From assembly GCF_030684315.1 (NCBI RefSeq), contig NC_081375.1, positions 35,019,073 to 35,083,072 on the forward strand: 64,000 bases of DNA, given 5' to 3'. The position numbers and the translations under genes are program-made. The notes below the pieces were generated by a model that was not told the DNA's origin, made no database searches, and saw only the letters and a program-made list of their open reading frames with translations. Positions 62,915 to 64,000 of the stretch are shown here, in pieces. How positions within the stretch are numbered: the stretch's first letter is position 1; each line of letters starts with the position of its first letter. This stretch comes from Stegostoma tigrinum (Eukaryota).

Positions 62915-63058
62915 GAAAGTGAATTTCACAAACTAGCAAATGCCAAAATATTTCTCAGTGACTGCCTGGCTTGTGATAATTGTGTGACATCAACAGAAGG
63001 TCTACAGATCGCCCGACAGTGTCAAGAGGCTTTCCTGTCAGTTCTCAGCCTGAACCAG
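62915..63058 (+). CDS. NARF: NARF coding exon 3 (Fe-hydrogenase-like)
   Basis: ESEFHKLANAKIFLSDCLACDNCVT..FLSVLSLNQ, compared with human EFHKLADAKIFLSDCLACDSC; the gene continues beyond the window. Confidence 0.96.
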
Positions 63059-64000
63059 GTAAAACAAATAAAATAAACAAAAAGCTGTTCTGCCCATTAA
63101 ACTGCGGAAGATGGAATTTGTCTAGTTGTTGGACCGGAATTTGCTAATAAAACACAGGCGGGTGAAATCCTACTGATCTGTGTAACGAAAAGTGCAACAA
63201 CTTGTCATAAGGCAGCGATGATGAGTTGCCAATTGTCGCAGTTTGGTGAACATTAATCTGTTTTTTCAGTCTGGTTGTGTATTTCAAACAGTTTCCGTCT
63301 GGTAAATACCATTTAATCCCCTCAAAGTTAGGGCTACAATTGCATAAACTAAGGGCCCCTTTTGGAAAAGATTTACATTCCTGCTATAACGTTCAACCTC
63401 AACATTCAGAAAAGGAGTAGGTAAATTTGTGTAGCTGCCTGTAGCTAATCAATTGCCTGTAAAGCTTTAAAAATATGTGATTGTTCTTACTTTCTCATTC
63501 TGTATTTTTCTCCAATCATCTATTTTCTTCTTTTTTGTATTAAATTTTAAATTCACTTTATCTGTTTATCCATTGTCCACTCAGTTTCTTTCTCTGTTCT
63601 TTGTTTAAGGGGTAAGTCTGTTAATTCCATCATTCGCAAAGGTCTCAGTTTCCCTCTTGCCCTTACCTTCACACTTCACACTTCAAAACTTCATTGGAAT
63701 TGGGAATGAGGGCAAAAAAAAATCCAGCCCATGATCAGTTGTGATGTAGTACTCCAACTTCCAAGCCATAGTGTTTTCAAACCTGTCTTGATGAAACTAA
63801 TGCTTGACAATTACCAGAGTACCCATCTAATATTTGAAGTACACAGCATTAGGCAGAAGTGACCTTTTGTAGACTTGCTGCAGTGTGGTTAATTTTGAGC
63901 TAAGAAAGTATTTTCTGAAATGGTATTGCAGTTTCATTGGCCAATTTGAGAAATTGACTATTTAAGTAGCAGATCATCTTTCCCCTCTGCAAAGTTACCC

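Noticed and set aside
62915-63058. CIAO3/NARFL instead of NARF
   Set aside because: The MKCxxC start, the DCLACDxC motif (rather than DCLACSGC) and the synteny all indicate NARF.
1-64000. Most ORFs in the supplied track as standalone genes; prokaryotic features (operons, CRISPR, defence systems)
   Set aside because: The DNA is spliced vertebrate sequence. The short ORFs are repeat-derived or random, and no repeat-spacer array is present.

Overview
Eukaryotic, intron-rich, AT-rich vertebrate DNA, almost certainly from a cartilaginous fish. The elasmobranch-type V-SINEs, Deu-SINEs, CR1 LINEs and Penelope families suggest a shark; the species is not determinable here. Four spliced genes were reconstructed by hand in the same order and orientation as human 17q25.3: OGFOD3 (-, first two coding exons), HEXD (+, 12 coding exons, 494 aa, GH20), CYBC1/EROS (-, 6 coding exons, 190 aa, last intron GC-AG) and NARF (+, first three coding exons). 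There are two CpG-rich head-to-head promoter regions (~12.3-12.8 kb and ~61.3-62.6 kb). Introns are packed with decayed CR1/L2 LINEs, SINEs and Penelope-like (RT + GIY-YIG) elements. The most notable signal is a series of short, mostly fold-back (palindromic) insertions built from Penelope termini. They carry minimal hammerhead-ribozyme cores (CTGATGA..GAAACGTC), a one-sided ~35-bp extension and mostly 13-15-bp target-site duplications. Three distinct sequence families share this architecture. Protein identities rest on recalled human orthologue sequences, not on database searches, and repeat boundaries are approximate.
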